Shown piece after piece: positions 7,947 to 18,394 of a stretch of DNA of 64,000 nt. Source of the DNA: Waddlia chondrophila WSU 86-1044 (lineage in GTDB: Bacteria > Chlamydiota > Chlamydiia > Chlamydiales > CAMCWV01); contig CAMCWV010000002.1 of the NCBI GenBank assembly GCA_945882915.1, forward strand, positions 43,821 through 107,820, in the 5' to 3' direction. The number at the start of each line of letters is the position of its first letter. Position 1 is the first letter of the stretch. Below the pieces are notes generated by a model. That model was not told the DNA's origin and did no database searches. It saw only the letters and a list, made by a program, of their open reading frames with translations. Made by a program: the position numbers and the translations under genes.

Positions 7947-8657
7947 TTAAACGCGGTAGGGGGCAGGAAATTCGGGATGCTCAAGCAAAAACTCCTGGAT
8001 CCCCTTATTGCGCAAAAGACAAGCAGGACACTTCAAACACCCCTGAAGAGACACTCCTTCATAACAAGTGATCGTCTCTTCCAGAAGATACCCCAAGACC
8101 CCAAGGCGGTATCCAAGCTCCATTGTCTCTTTCTTTGACATCGTGACTAAGGGAGTACGGATTTCAAATGAAGGGTCATCTAAATCAAGACGCAAAATCT
8201 CCTGCATCTTGTCCATATAACTGCGTGAACAATCACGGTATCCCGAATTTGATCCATCGACTCCTATAACGCCCATGTAAATGCTAGTAGCACCTACATG
8301 GGCAGCGAAAATTGCGCCTAACCGCGCCCACAAACCATTTCTTCCAACAACAAGTGTATTAGGTACTTTGCCTGAAGGATGGATAATCTCAAGGGAAGGA
8401 TTCATCAACGCATTATCGGTAATCGACTGCAAACAGTCAGCGTTAACAACAACGTGAGCCACTCCCCAATTTTTACAGATTTTTTCTGCTTGATGGAGCT
8501 CAGGAGCGTGTCTTTGCCCATAGGTAAACGAGAGGCCAATAACCTCGCTTTTAGAAAACTCTTCTATAGCCAATGCTAAACAAAGAGACGAGTCCATCCC
8601 ACCAGAGTGGATGACAATCGTTTTTGGCTTAACTGTGAGTTGGTTTTTAAACTTCAT
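7947..8657 (-). CDS. queC: 7-cyano-7-deazaguanine synthase
   Basis: 236 aa. PP-loop HSGGMDSS and a C-terminal Cys cluster CYEGVSLQGCLKCPAC. Confidence 0.9.
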   Translation of the reverse strand: MKFKNQLTVKPKTIVIHSGGMDSSLCLALAIEEFSKSEVIGLSFTYGQRHAPELHQAEKICKNWGVAHVVVNADCLQSITDNALMNPSLEIIHPSGKVPNTLVVGRNGLWARLGAIFAAHVGATSIYMGVIGVDGSNSGYRDCSRSYMDKMQEILRLDLDDPSFEIRTPLVTMSKKETMELGYRLGVLGYLLEETITCYEGVSLQGCLKCPACLLRNKGIQEFLLEHPEFPAPYRV

Positions 8658-8805
8658 ACAGCGAACTTAAATGCAGGGCTTCTAGGAACGGCAAAGAAAA
8701 AACAAACACAAAACAGGATAAACAGGATCCGCCTTATGGCAGGTATGATAAAAACCTGTTATACCTTTAATTCTTTGCTCCGACATTGTTGTGTAATTCT
8801 TTTGT

Positions 8806-8900
8806 CCGTTTTTTCTTTCTCTGTGTTCTCTGTGCCTCTGTGTTTCAAATGTTTTAATTTCGAATTTTGAAACACAGAGGCACAGAGAAAGAAAAAAAAC
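8806..8900. repeat. R3 variant hairpin
   Basis: ctctgtgttctctgtgcctctgtgtttcaaa ... tttgaaacacagaggcacagagaaag. Same core ctctgtgtttcaaa as the other R3 copies, but with cacg replaced by tgtg. Confidence 0.75.
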
Positions 8901-8953
8901 TTTCCTGATGTTTTCAGTGAATTATGCAATAACGCTCTTTGCGTTTAATTGCG

Positions 8954-10885
8954 TTAGACGAGGGCAGCTTCTGACTCTTCCTGCATGTACATCAGCTCCC
9001 ACATCAAACGGAAACCTGAGCATGACACAAGAAGCTCATCTTTTGTCCCTTCAGCAACCTTTCTTCCCCTTTCAACGTAAATGATCTTGTCCGCATGGGC
9101 AATTGTTGAAAGGCGGTGGGCGATTAAGATCTGCGTGACCTGCCCGTGAAGCTCCTGAATCGCCAGCTTAATCCGATTTTCGCTAACCGTATCAAGCGAT
9201 GAGGTGGCCTCATCCATAATCAAAATAGGTGCTCTCTTAACAAGGGCGCGCGCAACGGCTAGCCGCTGCTGCTGGCCTCCAGAAAGGCTCTTTCCTGTTT
9301 CGGCAAGGACAGTCTCATACTTTTCAGGCAGATGCTGAATAAACTCATCTGCATAGGCCTTTCTAGCAGCTTCCTGAACAGCTTCTGGACTAAACTTTCT
9401 TCCAAAACCAATATTCTCAGAGACTGTGTCCATAAATAAGAAAGGTCTTTGTGGAACAAAGGCAATGTTCTCACGTAAAGAGCGTTGGGTGTAGCCCGTA
9501 AGAGGGCGTCCATCTACTCGTATCTCCCCTTTCTCAATCTCGTATAAGCGAGGAATGAGCTGAACAATTGTTGACTTTCCAGCACCTGTCGGCCCCACAA
9601 TTGCAACTGTCTGCCCTTTTTTCACGCTGAAACTCAAACCTTGCAATACCCAATCTTTTTCATAGCGGAACCAAACGTTGTCAAACTCCACCTCGCCTTC
9701 AAAAGACTTGAGCTCTATTGAGCCCTCATGATCTTGAATTTGGGGCTTCAGGTTAAGAACTTCAAACATCCGTTCTGCAGCGACAACCCCTCGCTGAACT
9801 TGGGCGTTTTGATCGGCAAAGCTCTTAATCGGCTCGTAAAACATCCATAAAAGACCGCAGAAAACAATAATTTCAGAAAGCTCCATCTTGGCAACATACA
9901 TCCCATAAAGAAGGACCCCACACAAAAAGAGTGTTGCAATTGTGTGGAGGATGGGTCTAGTAGAGCTGTCGTAGCGTGAGCTCTTCTCTTCAAGCTTGGA
10001 ATTTCGGTTATTTTGCTCTTGGTACTTCTTTAAAGAGAAGTCTTCCATAGCAAAAAGCTTTACCGTCTGAATGCCGCCCAAGAAGTCAATAAGCGTCGAA
10101 GCAAAGTTTTCTTGGTTCCTCTGCATCTGCTTAGCAATACGCTTTACACGTCTAGCTAGCATGACAATAGGAAACACAAGAAGGGGTAGCCCAACAAAGA
10201 TAATCAAGGAAAGCTTCCAAGACAGGTAGAAGCAAACGCTCAACGTCGATACTACAACAAAAGGGGTGTGAAGATAACTTTGGAGTGCCGAATTAATGGC
10301 CATCGCAATAACAGAAGCATCGCCAACCGCGCGCGTTGACAAACTCCCAATGTTATGATGATTGTAAAAACTCATCGGAAGGGACTGTATATGCTCAAAG
10401 TAAGATTGCCGCAGGTCTCGACTCACACGAATGGCGACAACTTGGGTCATGTATTTACTAGTGAACAAAGAGATCCCTTTAAAAACGGCAACAAAGGTCA
10501 GGACAGCTGCTAAAAGAATAAAATTTCCTGATAAATTAACTTTGCTATCGATCCAACGCATCGCAGTGGCAAGTGGATTTCCATCGTTACGGGTAGCCAT
10601 GTAGCGCGTTGCATCTTTACGCGTAATAGCGCCGCTTTTTCCGTCATCAACTTCTTTCCAACGCTCCTGCACATCTGTTAAGGAAATAGATTCGACTCGC
10701 TCAATCTTTCCTTTGTTTTCCGGAGCAAATAAAGTAAAAAAATCAGAACCAGTATTGGATATAACCCCAAGAGCAAACATTTCCATTTGTGTAGCAAATG
10801 TAAGCCCAAGCATCCCCATAAGGGTAATAAGCATTAGCACATAATGTTTACGATTCCGAAAAGCCAGCTTAAGTAAAAGCTTCAT
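8954..10885 (-). CDS. ABC exporter, fused permease/ATPase (MsbA-like)
   Basis: 643 aa. Six-TM N-terminal half, Walker [10 protein letters not shown], signature LSGGQQQR, Walker [10 protein letters not shown]. Confidence 0.85.
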   Translation of the reverse strand: MKLLLKLAFRNRKHYVLMLITLMGMLGLTFATQMEMFALGVISNTGSDFFTLFAPENKGKIERVESISLTDVQERWKEVDDGKSGAITRKDATRYMATRNDGNPLATAMRWIDSKVNLSGNFILLAAVLTFVAVFKGISLFTSKYMTQVVAIRVSRDLRQSYFEHIQSLPMSFYNHHNIGSLSTRAVGDASVIAMAINSALQSYLHTPFVVVSTLSVCFYLSWKLSLIIFVGLPLLVFPIVMLARRVKRIAKQMQRNQENFASTLIDFLGGIQTVKLFAMEDFSLKKYQEQNNRNSKLEEKSSRYDSSTRPILHTIATLFLCGVLLYGMYVAKMELSEIIVFCGLLWMFYEPIKSFADQNAQVQRGVVAAERMFEVLNLKPQIQDHEGSIELKSFEGEVEFDNVWFRYEKDWVLQGLSFSVKKGQTVAIVGPTGAGKSTIVQLIPRLYEIEKGEIRVDGRPLTGYTQRSLRENIAFVPQRPFLFMDTVSENIGFGRKFSPEAVQEAARKAYADEFIQHLPEKYETVLAETGKSLSGGQQQRLAVARALVKRAPILIMDEATSSLDTVSENRIKLAIQELHGQVTQILIAHRLSTIAHADKIIYVERGRKVAEGTKDELLVSCSGFRLMWELMYMQEESEAALV

Positions 10886-11850
10886 GAATTAGCGACCCCA
10901 TTAACTAAAAATTTACCCATCTTTCGAAACTTCATATAACGTTGCTCGACGAGGGTATTAGGAGGTACTTCTTTTAGAAGGTTCCACTGTTCAAGAATGT
11001 AGTTCTTCACGTTTTGATAAACCATTGCAGGGTTGTGATGAGCCCCACCAAGAGGCTCCTTAATGATTTCATCAATCAACCCGTTTTGTAAGAGACTTTC
11101 GGCGTTGAGCTTTAATGCTTCAGCAGCAATAGCCTTTTTGCTCACATCTTTCCAAATAATAGAAGCGCACCCTTCTGGGGTGATAACAGAATAGTAAGAA
11201 TGCTGAAGCATGCTGATGGCATCACCAACACCCATTCCTAAGGCACCTCCAGAGGCGCCCTCTCCAATCACAACAACGATAATAGGCGTTGTTAAAAGGG
11301 CCATATCTCTGAGGTTCTCGGCAATTGCCCACCCTTGGCCCCTCTCTTCTGCTGTTAAGCCTGCATAAGCGCCTGGTGTATCAAGGAGGGAGACAACAGG
11401 GAGCTTAAACTTTTCTGCAAGGCGCATTAGGCGCATAGCCTTACGGAAACCCTCGGGATGTAACATCCCAAAGTTGCGATGCATCCGGCTTTCGGTATCA
11501 CATCCCTTTTCCTGCCCAATCACCAAGAACTTCACCCCGCCAATGACAGCAAGGCCGCCGATTACAGCGTGATCATCACCAAATAGCCTGTCCCCTTTGA
11601 GCTCAACAAATTTTTCGCAGATATTTTTGGTGTAGTCAATGGAACGGGGGCGTGAAGGGTGACGGCAAATCGTCACACGCTCCCAAGCTGTTAACTGGCT
11701 ATAAACCTTTTGCTTTAGCCTCTCCAGCTTCTTTTCTAGCTGAGTTAGCTCGCTATTTGTTAGGAGGTTTCTCCCTTCATTCTGTTCTTTAAATTTCCGA
11801 ATAGTATCTTCGTATTCGTAAATTTGTTTTTCGTGTAGCAGTACTTCCAT
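10882..11850 (-). CDS. accA: acetyl-CoA carboxylase carboxyltransferase alpha subunit
   Basis: 322 aa. [29 protein letters not shown]. Confidence 0.9.
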   Translation of the reverse strand: MEVLLHEKQIYEYEDTIRKFKEQNEGRNLLTNSELTQLEKKLERLKQKVYSQLTAWERVTICRHPSRPRSIDYTKNICEKFVELKGDRLFGDDHAVIGGLAVIGGVKFLVIGQEKGCDTESRMHRNFGMLHPEGFRKAMRLMRLAEKFKLPVVSLLDTPGAYAGLTAEERGQGWAIAENLRDMALLTTPIIVVVIGEGASGGALGMGVGDAISMLQHSYYSVITPEGCASIIWKDVSKKAIAAEALKLNAESLLQNGLIDEIIKEPLGGAHHNPAMVYQNVKNYILEQWNLLKEVPPNTLVEQRYMKFRKMGKFLVNGVANS

Positions 11851-11981
11851 AAATACAACAACCTACCAGGTGAATAAGAGAAGAAATTATAGGGGGCTTA
11901 GGGGTTGGAAGCAAATGAAATTTTAGATTGATCGCTTGCAGACCCAAAGAAAAAAGTTTTTAACGCAAAGACGAGAGAGAG

Positions 11982-12058
11982 ATATATACTCCTCGTAGTT
12001 GAAAACGGGAATTTGGACTAGCGCGAAAGCTCCCGTTTTCAGCTAAGAGGAGTATATA
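11982..12058. repeat. R1 short form
   Basis: atatatactcctcgtagttgaaaacgggaatttggactagcgcgaaagctcccgttttcagctaagaggagtatata. Confidence 0.85.
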
Positions 12059-12075
12059 AATGTTTATTCCGCCAC

Positions 12076-13128
12076 TTATTCCACCCTCTCGTTGCCAGGA
12101 ATGGTGGTGTCATGGAAATCTTTGACTAGCTCAATTGTCGTCGGCCTACTGATAATAATGCTAAAAAGCTCTTCACTATCTTCTGTCACAAGCCGAATGC
12201 ATCCATCACTTTCATACTTACCAACACTTGCCCTGTTCTCTTCAAGAGGGCCCTCAGCTCCAGAAGGAGGAACCCAAGGAGCTCCATGAATGCCAAACCC
12301 TCTAGCCCCAGCTGTCACATCACCAATCTCTTGATCAAATGGAATCCAGCGAGTTCCGAATACGCGGATCATCTCAACTTTCTGATTCTGATAGATGCCT
12401 AAGGCTCCTGGTTTGAAAACGGCAACCCTAGTCCCCAAGGTATACTTACCAAGTGGTGACAGCCCTCCTGAAGGGCGCTTGTCATCAAGGCGACCAAGCC
12501 CCACAGAATAGCGCTTAAGAAGCACTTTTTCGTTAGCTGCGGGGTCTATGTAATAGAACCACATGAGGCAGCGAGAGGTGTCGACGACAAGGTAAAATTG
12601 CAAGTCTTTATCAAGTTTCAATACATTGAAACGATCGCCTTGCTTTACCTCTTGAGTGAGGTAGTCGGCCTTATTGTTTAAACTGCGAGCGATAAAGTGG
12701 CGTGAGGTTTTGTAGTGACGAGCATAATCAGAAAGCCATGCAGCACGTCCTTTTTGCCAATCGACCTGACTTTTATAAGAAATTGTTTCAACAATTGGAA
12801 GCTTTTGACTTCCCGTTGTGAATAGTTCTTGAATGCGATCTGCATCGGGCAAATCCTCAGCGCTTAAAACTTGCTTTACCTGCTCTTGAGTCATCGCCGC
12901 GGCTTCTTTTGATCCATCAGCTTTTGATGCTTTCGCGATCTCTTGCTTGGTCTTTGCTGACCCCTGCTCTAATTGAATCACCTGAGGGCTTTTCGTTTTG
13001 GCAGGTCCACCTGCTTTTGAAGAAGCAACCTGAGCTTCAGCTGGCTTTCCACCTTTTACCCAAGCAGCAACCCCAATGGCTCCAAACAGGACAAGAGTAA
13101 CAATGATTAATAACTTAGGCAGCGACAT
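12076..13128 (-). CDS. L,D-transpeptidase (YkuD) domain protein with N-terminal membrane anchor
   Basis: 350 aa. N-terminal TM segment, then a C-terminal catalytic signature GIHGAPW ... SDGCIRL. Confidence 0.7.
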   Translation of the reverse strand: MSLPKLLIIVTLVLFGAIGVAAWVKGGKPAEAQVASSKAGGPAKTKSPQVIQLEQGSAKTKQEIAKASKADGSKEAAAMTQEQVKQVLSAEDLPDADRIQELFTTGSQKLPIVETISYKSQVDWQKGRAAWLSDYARHYKTSRHFIARSLNNKADYLTQEVKQGDRFNVLKLDKDLQFYLVVDTSRCLMWFYYIDPAANEKVLLKRYSVGLGRLDDKRPSGGLSPLGKYTLGTRVAVFKPGALGIYQNQKVEMIRVFGTRWIPFDQEIGDVTAGARGFGIHGAPWVPPSGAEGPLEENRASVGKYESDGCIRLVTEDSEELFSIIISRPTTIELVKDFHDTTIPGNERVE

Positions 13129-13180
13129 GATTCCTCAATATTTTTAACTTTTAATCATGGATTGACAGATTTTATAGTCG

Positions 13181-13281
13181 ATATATACTCCTCGTAGTTG
13201 AAAACGGGAATTTGGGCTAGCGCGAAAGCTCCCGGGGCTTTGGCGCCGTCCAAGTTCCCATTTTCAACTACGAGGAGTATA
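13181..13281. repeat. R1 long form (about 100-bp near-perfect palindrome)
   Basis: atatatactcctcgtagttgaaaacgggaatttgggctagcgcgaaagctcccggggctttggcgccgtccaagttcccattttcaactacgaggagtata. Preceded by the R5 fragment ttatagtcga. Confidence 0.9.
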
Positions 13282-13289
13282 GTTGGCAA

Positions 13290-14861
13290 CTACCCCAACG
13301 ATCCAATGGTCCAGCGATGATCCTCTAACGTGCCGCTCTCAAAAAAATAGGCAACTAGAAAATCTGCACCCCAATAGTCATCCCCGCCTGCAAGGGGAAT
13401 AACTTCCATTCTACTCCCCTCTTCAGTCCCTTCTTTCTCCCCTACAGCTTCTAAATAGAGATGCGTTTTTTCTCCCTTAAAATCAACACGGCAAGAAGCG
13501 CTTTGATAACGATCGAGGGACTGAGGAAGCAGCCTATATAGGCCATCAACAACGCAGAGTGGAGATTTAACATAAAAAACAAAAGCAAGGTTCTTTAAAT
13601 CTGCAGTTAGACTCAAGAAAGAGGCCGTAATTTCAAGTAACTTTCCCTCATACCGCTGTCTTGATTCTATCCAGGAGAGGTTAACAGCTGGATTGTGAAA
13701 GGTAATAGCAGAACAAGCTACTTCTGGAGGCATTACAAGCCGCGACTTCCCCTGCAAAGAAAACCCAGACTCCTGGCATGTGGATACAATATCAGATTCT
13801 ATAGACCGCCCTAACACAAAGCCCCGTTCAATCCCAAAGCCTCGACAGTCACCCAAAGGGAGGACTTGGGGGCCATAGCTTACAACGCCGACATCGATAC
13901 CTTGAAACGCTCCCATACCGGTATTACCACCAAAAAGTGTCGCGACAACACTGGTTTGAGAATCGCGATGGCCTACCAGTGCTGTGTGGGGATCGTAGAT
14001 TACATTGCCAAAAGAGGCAGAACCAAGAAGCGCAAAAGCTGCTGGAGTTGCTTGAACAGCGTGAATTCCCAGTTGCTCCATCCAAAACGCGCACAAAGTA
14101 AGCCAAGCAGGAATATAAATAGGAGCGTTTTCTTGAAATAGTTGCTTAAGCTGCTCTGCCTGCGCAGATGCAAAAGGAGAAGAAACAGCCATAAACAAGA
14201 GACAGTTTACAGTTAACTGCCTAGCAAGCGTGCTCGACTTCTCTTGGGCAAACAGTCCAAGCAAAGGCCTCGACCAGCCATCTAAAGTGTTTACTTGCCA
14301 CTCTGCAACACGCTGAGCGGCCAGCAAACACTCTTGGTTATCAGAGATTTTTCCAAGAAGAGCCCAGATAAGACCAAGCTCTGCATGAACGGAAGGATGC
14401 GGAAAATTTGACCAACTCCAGTCACCGTTAACTTCAACAGGAGCTGCCCCGCTGGGAAGTAACTCAGGGCGAGGCATTACAACGCTTAAGCCTAGCACAA
14501 AAGCTATAAGGGCAATCATTGCCCCGCTAAGCTGGAATCCTGGAAAATAAGAGCGCTGCCTGATCTCTTGAAACTGTGCAGCAACAGCTGCCTGGTATTT
14601 TTGAAAATCAGGAAAAAGTTTTGTCAGCAAACTTAATGCTAACAAGTGGCGCAGCTGATCTAAGTAGTGTGCTGGATAACAAGCAGGGGTTGTTTCTGAA
14701 ACATGTTCAGGTGAATCTTCAAAGCGGAAAAGAGCCTCGAGAACATGTTCTTCCAAGGACTTCCCTAAAAGGGCTTGAGCTGCAACTCTATCTACTAAAA
14801 GTGCGCCTCCCTCCTGAGCAAGTAACTGTGCTTCAAGACACTGCAACATCCCAGAATACAT
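13290..14861 (-). CDS. hypothetical protein (523 aa)
   Basis: Long ORF with no competing frame. I recognise no diagnostic motif. The helical repeat character in the N-terminal half is only an impression. Confidence 0.5.
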   Translation of the reverse strand: MYSGMLQCLEAQLLAQEGGALLVDRVAAQALLGKSLEEHVLEALFRFEDSPEHVSETTPACYPAHYLDQLRHLLALSLLTKLFPDFQKYQAAVAAQFQEIRQRSYFPGFQLSGAMIALIAFVLGLSVVMPRPELLPSGAAPVEVNGDWSWSNFPHPSVHAELGLIWALLGKISDNQECLLAAQRVAEWQVNTLDGWSRPLLGLFAQEKSSTLARQLTVNCLLFMAVSSPFASAQAEQLKQLFQENAPIYIPAWLTLCAFWMEQLGIHAVQATPAAFALLGSASFGNVIYDPHTALVGHRDSQTSVVATLFGGNTGMGAFQGIDVGVVSYGPQVLPLGDCRGFGIERGFVLGRSIESDIVSTCQESGFSLQGKSRLVMPPEVACSAITFHNPAVNLSWIESRQRYEGKLLEITASFLSLTADLKNLAFVFYVKSPLCVVDGLYRLLPQSLDRYQSASCRVDFKGEKTHLYLEAVGEKEGTEEGSRMEVIPLAGGDDYWGADFLVAYFFESGTLEDHRWTIGSLG

Positions 14862-14905
14862 CAGAAACCATCCACTCTATTAAGAGAGCTTTTTCTGTTG
14901 AACCT

Positions 14906-15225
14906 CCCCATAGCTAAAGCCAGGAGATTCCAGGTGCAGAGCTTATTGACCATTTAGGCTTATAAGTTGCAGAGGGATTATATCCCATCGAGGTTCGTTC
15001 CGAACCCACCTAGGCGATGAAAACAAGCACAAATATCACCTGGGCTTACTATACGTCGGATTGGAGCCAAACCTGGCATTCGCCAGGTTGCCTTGTGGGG
15101 CATTTACCTTGGCGCATTACCGACTGTAACTTGTTAGGTGTAAGATAGCATCATCGATCTTTTACCAGAATACTAAGATTTAATTTAATCACACGCATTG
15201 ACCCCATAGCTAAAGCTAGGGGATT
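14906..15225. repeat. 296-bp insertion-like segment bounded by 24-nt direct repeats
   Basis: ccccatagctaaagccaggagatt (14906-14929) and ccccatagctaaagctaggggatt (15202-15225). An uninterrupted version of the unit occurs at 39147-39191. Confidence 0.7.
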
Positions 15226-15581
15226 GCGTCGTGTCTTTGTTCAATAAGCTGCTTCATTTTTTTCCCAGGAGTAAACTTCACAGCATTCCGAGCAGGGATC
15301 TGAACAGGGGTTGTAGGAGCTTTTGGGTTACGGCCAACTTTTGCTTTTCTTACGACAATTTCAAATACGCCGAAATCACGAAACTCTAAACGACCCCCAT
15401 CAGACAAGCAGTCTGTTATTTTATCAAGAAAGGTCTGAATAACAATTCGCACTTGATTAGGGTGAAGATTTTGATCTTTCAACTCAGATAATATTTCGCC
15501 GACCAATTGTTTTTTAGTCACTGTGGTAGCTTTTGGGGCTATTTTCATCTCCATTACAGTTTGCTCCCTCGTTGTTAACAT
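15216..15581 (-). CDS. HU/IHF-family DNA-binding protein
   Basis: The core FGVFEIVVRKAKVGRNPKAPTTPVQIPARNAVKFTPGKKMK is the beta-arm region of the HU/IHF family. The true start may be the internal MEMKIAPK. The stop codon lies inside the 24-nt repeat hairpin. Confidence 0.8.
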   Translation of the reverse strand: MLTTREQTVMEMKIAPKATTVTKKQLVGEILSELKDQNLHPNQVRIVIQTFLDKITDCLSDGGRLEFRDFGVFEIVVRKAKVGRNPKAPTTPVQIPARNAVKFTPGKKMKQLIEQRHDAIP

Positions 15582-15689
15582 AGGCTTAGGTCCCAGCTAT
15601 ACGTTTTAAAAATAAATCCTTTGCTTTATATACGGACATATTCCTATCCCATTGATTTACAAGCAACCAAAAAAAGTCAGAACGACAAA

Positions 15690-15950
15690 AAGGGTGTCGC
15701 CGCTTAATTACCGCTGCCGCGGTTTAAAAAACAACCACCAACTCCGCGCCCCCTTCTCTTTTCTCTTGTTTTTCTCTCACGTTCTCTCACGTTCTCTCAG
15801 GCCTCTGTGTTTCAAAAAACAGATATTAAGATTTTTGAAACACAGAGGCGTGAGAGAACGTGAGAGAAAGAAAAAGGCCTAAAAATGTGGGTAATGACAA
15901 GGGCTTTGGCGCCGTCCAAATTCCCGTTTTCAACTACGAGGAGTATATAT
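15690..15950. repeat. composite: truncated R7 end + spacer + R3 hairpin + R6 terminus + R1 right arm (inverted copy of part of 3515-3700)
   Basis: R3 hairpin at 15773-15869. R6 terminus aggcctaaaaatgtgggtaatgacaagg at 15878-15900. Then gctttggcgccgtccaaattcccgttttcaactacgaggagtatatat at 15901-15950. Confidence 0.8.
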
Positions 15951-15970
15951 TCGAGAATTGCACTCAGGCC

Positions 15971-16627
15971 CTACTTATTTAGAAGCCAATCAGAAAATGT
16001 CTGAAAGCTAGGGAATGTATAGTCAGGGACCTGCTCTTTCAAAGAGCCCAAACCAACGCTTAAAAACACGCACGCCGCCCCTACAGCCTTTGCTACGGCA
16101 ATATCTGTATGGTGATCGCCAACCACCAACACCTGCTCTGAAGAGCATCCAAAGAGCTTCATAATATGATAAAGAGCGGCTGGGTCGGGCTTTTTAACTT
16201 TTAGAGTATCCGCAGCCACGACTACGCCCATTTTATCCGCCAGACCAAAATGGTCAAGAATTTTTTTAGTTGGCACCATAAGCTTGTTAGTAAGAATCGC
16301 ATAGTGACAAAGCGAAGGCCTAGAGAAAAACTCCTTCACGCCTTCATATAACGTCACACGGCGCAAGGAGTTAGCGATGTACCAGTCTACATACAACTGG
16401 CTCAGAGCAGCGTGCCGCGCAGAAGGCGTTTGGTGAAAAACACACCCGTCAAGCAGCTGCCCTACTCCCTCTCCGATATGAGAGATCACTTCACCTGTGG
16501 GTAAAGGAGATAATCCTTCATGGGCGCGGACAAAGTTAATTGCATCCGCCAAGTCCTCGCTACAATCAACGAGCGTTCCATCTAGATCAAATACAATAAG
16601 CTTGAGTGAATTATTCAATCCTAACAA
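15971..16627 (-). CDS. HAD-superfamily phosphatase (phosphoglycolate phosphatase-like)
   Basis: 218 aa. Motif I FDLDGTLVD, motif III K..PDP, motif IV VGDHHTD. Confidence 0.7.
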   Translation of the reverse strand: MLGLNNSLKLIVFDLDGTLVDCSEDLADAINFVRAHEGLSPLPTGEVISHIGEGVGQLLDGCVFHQTPSARHAALSQLYVDWYIANSLRRVTLYEGVKEFFSRPSLCHYAILTNKLMVPTKKILDHFGLADKMGVVVAADTLKVKKPDPAALYHIMKLFGCSSEQVLVVGDHHTDIAVAKAVGAACVFLSVGLGSLKEQVPDYTFPSFQTFSDWLLNK

Positions 16628-17900
16628 GCCTCTTGTTCTTTTTCCCAGAGGCTAGCAAGAGCAACTTCCCTTCAATAAGATCCGCTGAAGAGATCACATG
16701 CTCTACGTCTTTAATCTGGTAATTGTTGAGGTACGCGCCCCCATTTTGAATAAGACGTTTTGCCTCCCCTTTACTAGAGACAAGTCCTGTAGAGACAAAA
16801 AGCTCCATGAGCTTTTTGCCAACAACCTCTCCTTGGGGAAGGGTGCATTTAGGCATCTCCAGGCTCTCTAACACTTGGACATTGAGCTCTGTTACAGCCC
16901 CTGGAGCCGCGCCAGCAGTCACTCGCAAGGCCATTTCAACGCCGGCCGCTCCATGAACAATCCGGGTGATCTCTTCAGCAAGCTTTTTCTGTATTGTATT
17001 AGGAATATAATCCGAAGCGCCCATCATTGCTTCATAATGGTGGATCTCTTCCATCTCCATAAACGTCAGCATTCTCATAAGCTTTGGGACATCTGCATCA
17101 GGCGTGCGGAAAATGTACTGATAAAACTCATACGGAGAAAGCTTATCCGGAGAGAGCCAAACAGCACCACTCTCTGATTTTCCAAACTTCTTGCCGTCAC
17201 TACGTGTAATAAGGGGAAACGTGATCCCATGAGCTGTCTTACCTCGCATTTTCCGAATCAGCTCCGTGCCTGCGGTAATATTGCCCCACTGATCGCTTCC
17301 ACCCCCTTGAACAGAAACCTCATGCTGGTCAAACAAATGTAAAAAATCGTAGGCCTGAAGTACTTGGTAGCTAAATTCGGTAAAACTGAGCCCATCTTCT
17401 GAGGCTAGCCGAGTTCTAACCATCTCCTTTGAGAGCATAGGCCCGACTCTAAAAAGCTTTCCGATATCGCGGAGAAAATCAATAAAACCGATCTGTTTAA
17501 ACCAGTCATTATTGTTTAAAATCAAAGGCTTATGGGTTGAATGATTCATATCCAACACAGCTTCTAGATTCTTTCGGATTCCTTGAATATTAGATTTAAG
17601 AGTTTCGTCATCTAGAAAGGGGCGCTCAACGCTTTTGCCTGAAGGGTCCCCAATACGACCGGTTGCCCCGCCCAAAATAGCGACAGGCGTATGGCCACAA
17701 CGCTGAAACCATGCTAAAAGAACAATTCCCACGAGATTTCCAAGATGAAGGCTATCTGCTGTAGGATCAAAACCAACATATATCTTCAATGGACGGTCCG
17801 CAATTTCCTCAAATCCTTCAGTTGTCAAAGAGTCGATGAACCCCCGTTCTTTCAGGAGTTTAACTACATTTCGGCTTGCTCTAAGATGCGTGTCGGTCAT
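16611..17900 (-). CDS. tyrS: tyrosyl-tRNA synthetase
   Basis: 429 aa. HIGH-type SLHLGN, KMSKS-type KFGKS, and a C-terminal S4 domain. Confidence 0.95.
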   Translation of the reverse strand: MTDTHLRASRNVVKLLKERGFIDSLTTEGFEEIADRPLKIYVGFDPTADSLHLGNLVGIVLLAWFQRCGHTPVAILGGATGRIGDPSGKSVERPFLDDETLKSNIQGIRKNLEAVLDMNHSTHKPLILNNNDWFKQIGFIDFLRDIGKLFRVGPMLSKEMVRTRLASEDGLSFTEFSYQVLQAYDFLHLFDQHEVSVQGGGSDQWGNITAGTELIRKMRGKTAHGITFPLITRSDGKKFGKSESGAVWLSPDKLSPYEFYQYIFRTPDADVPKLMRMLTFMEMEEIHHYEAMMGASDYIPNTIQKKLAEEITRIVHGAAGVEMALRVTAGAAPGAVTELNVQVLESLEMPKCTLPQGEVVGKKLMELFVSTGLVSSKGEAKRLIQNGGAYLNNYQIKDVEHVISSADLIEGKLLLLASGKKNKRLVRIE

Positions 17901-18017
17901 AAAAGCTTTCTTAACCTATAAATATTCTTTAAGATTCCTTGTTCCAAGAAAAAGGAGTCAATGCTACAATACAATTGACTGATTTAAAAATACAATAATG
18001 ACCAGGAGGAACTTTCC

Positions 18018-18386
18018 ATGGAAGGTGCTTATCTTCAATCTCTAGGAAAACCCTACGCGCCACCAAGCGCTGCAGTCGAAGCTTTCAAAAGAAACATGCT
18101 CGACTACCAAGGAAGAAAAGAGGCTCTCTTTGAACAGACACATCCTGGAAGAGACTACGCAAGTGAGATCCTATTACGCGAATCTGACAGAAAGGCAGCA
18201 AACCGCGATAGAGTCCACGTCCCTTCAGATCTCAAACTAGACCCAACACTCCCCGCAGTAAAGCGTCAGTATAGCCAGTTGAGAGAAGAAACAACCCTCA
18301 GCCAATTTGTGCCTAGAGGCGATATGCCCCTTAGCCCAGATCTTGCTGGCCGCGTTCGCACAGAAACAACCGCTCCCGCTGCTTAA
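18018..18386 (+). CDS. hypothetical protein (122 aa)
   Basis: Strong SD (AGGAGG) 7 nt upstream of the ATG. No recognisable motif. Confidence 0.5.
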   Translation: MEGAYLQSLGKPYAPPSAAVEAFKRNMLDYQGRKEALFEQTHPGRDYASEILLRESDRKAANRDRVHVPSDLKLDPTLPAVKRQYSQLREETTLSQFVPRGDMPLSPDLAGRVRTETTAPAA

Positions 18387-18394
18387 ATTAGCTA

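Noticed and set aside
14930-15201. Assignment of the 270-bp structured core to a known RNA class (tmRNA, RNase P RNA, 6S RNA, TPP/cobalamin/M-box/fluoride riboswitch, group I intron)
   Set aside because: I could not find the diagnostic motifs on either strand. Missing were the tRNA-like end and tag ORF of tmRNA, GGAAAGTCC of RNase P, CTGAGA plus ACCTGATCTGGATAATGCCAGCG of TPP, and the B12 box. GTTAGGTG alone is too short for an M-box. It is left as an unclassified candidate.
15652-15882. ORFs of 60-85 aa covering repeat blocks (15652-15882, 22703-22909, 30322-30510, 23529-23711, 34856-35110, 59986-60198, 60020-60244, 8607-8870)
   Set aside because: Each is composed almost entirely of R1/R3/R6/R7 repeat sequence and gives the same peptide strings (SLTPLCFKK, HRGVRERERK, AENGNLDGAKAP) at several loci in either orientation. 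None has a ribosome-binding site.
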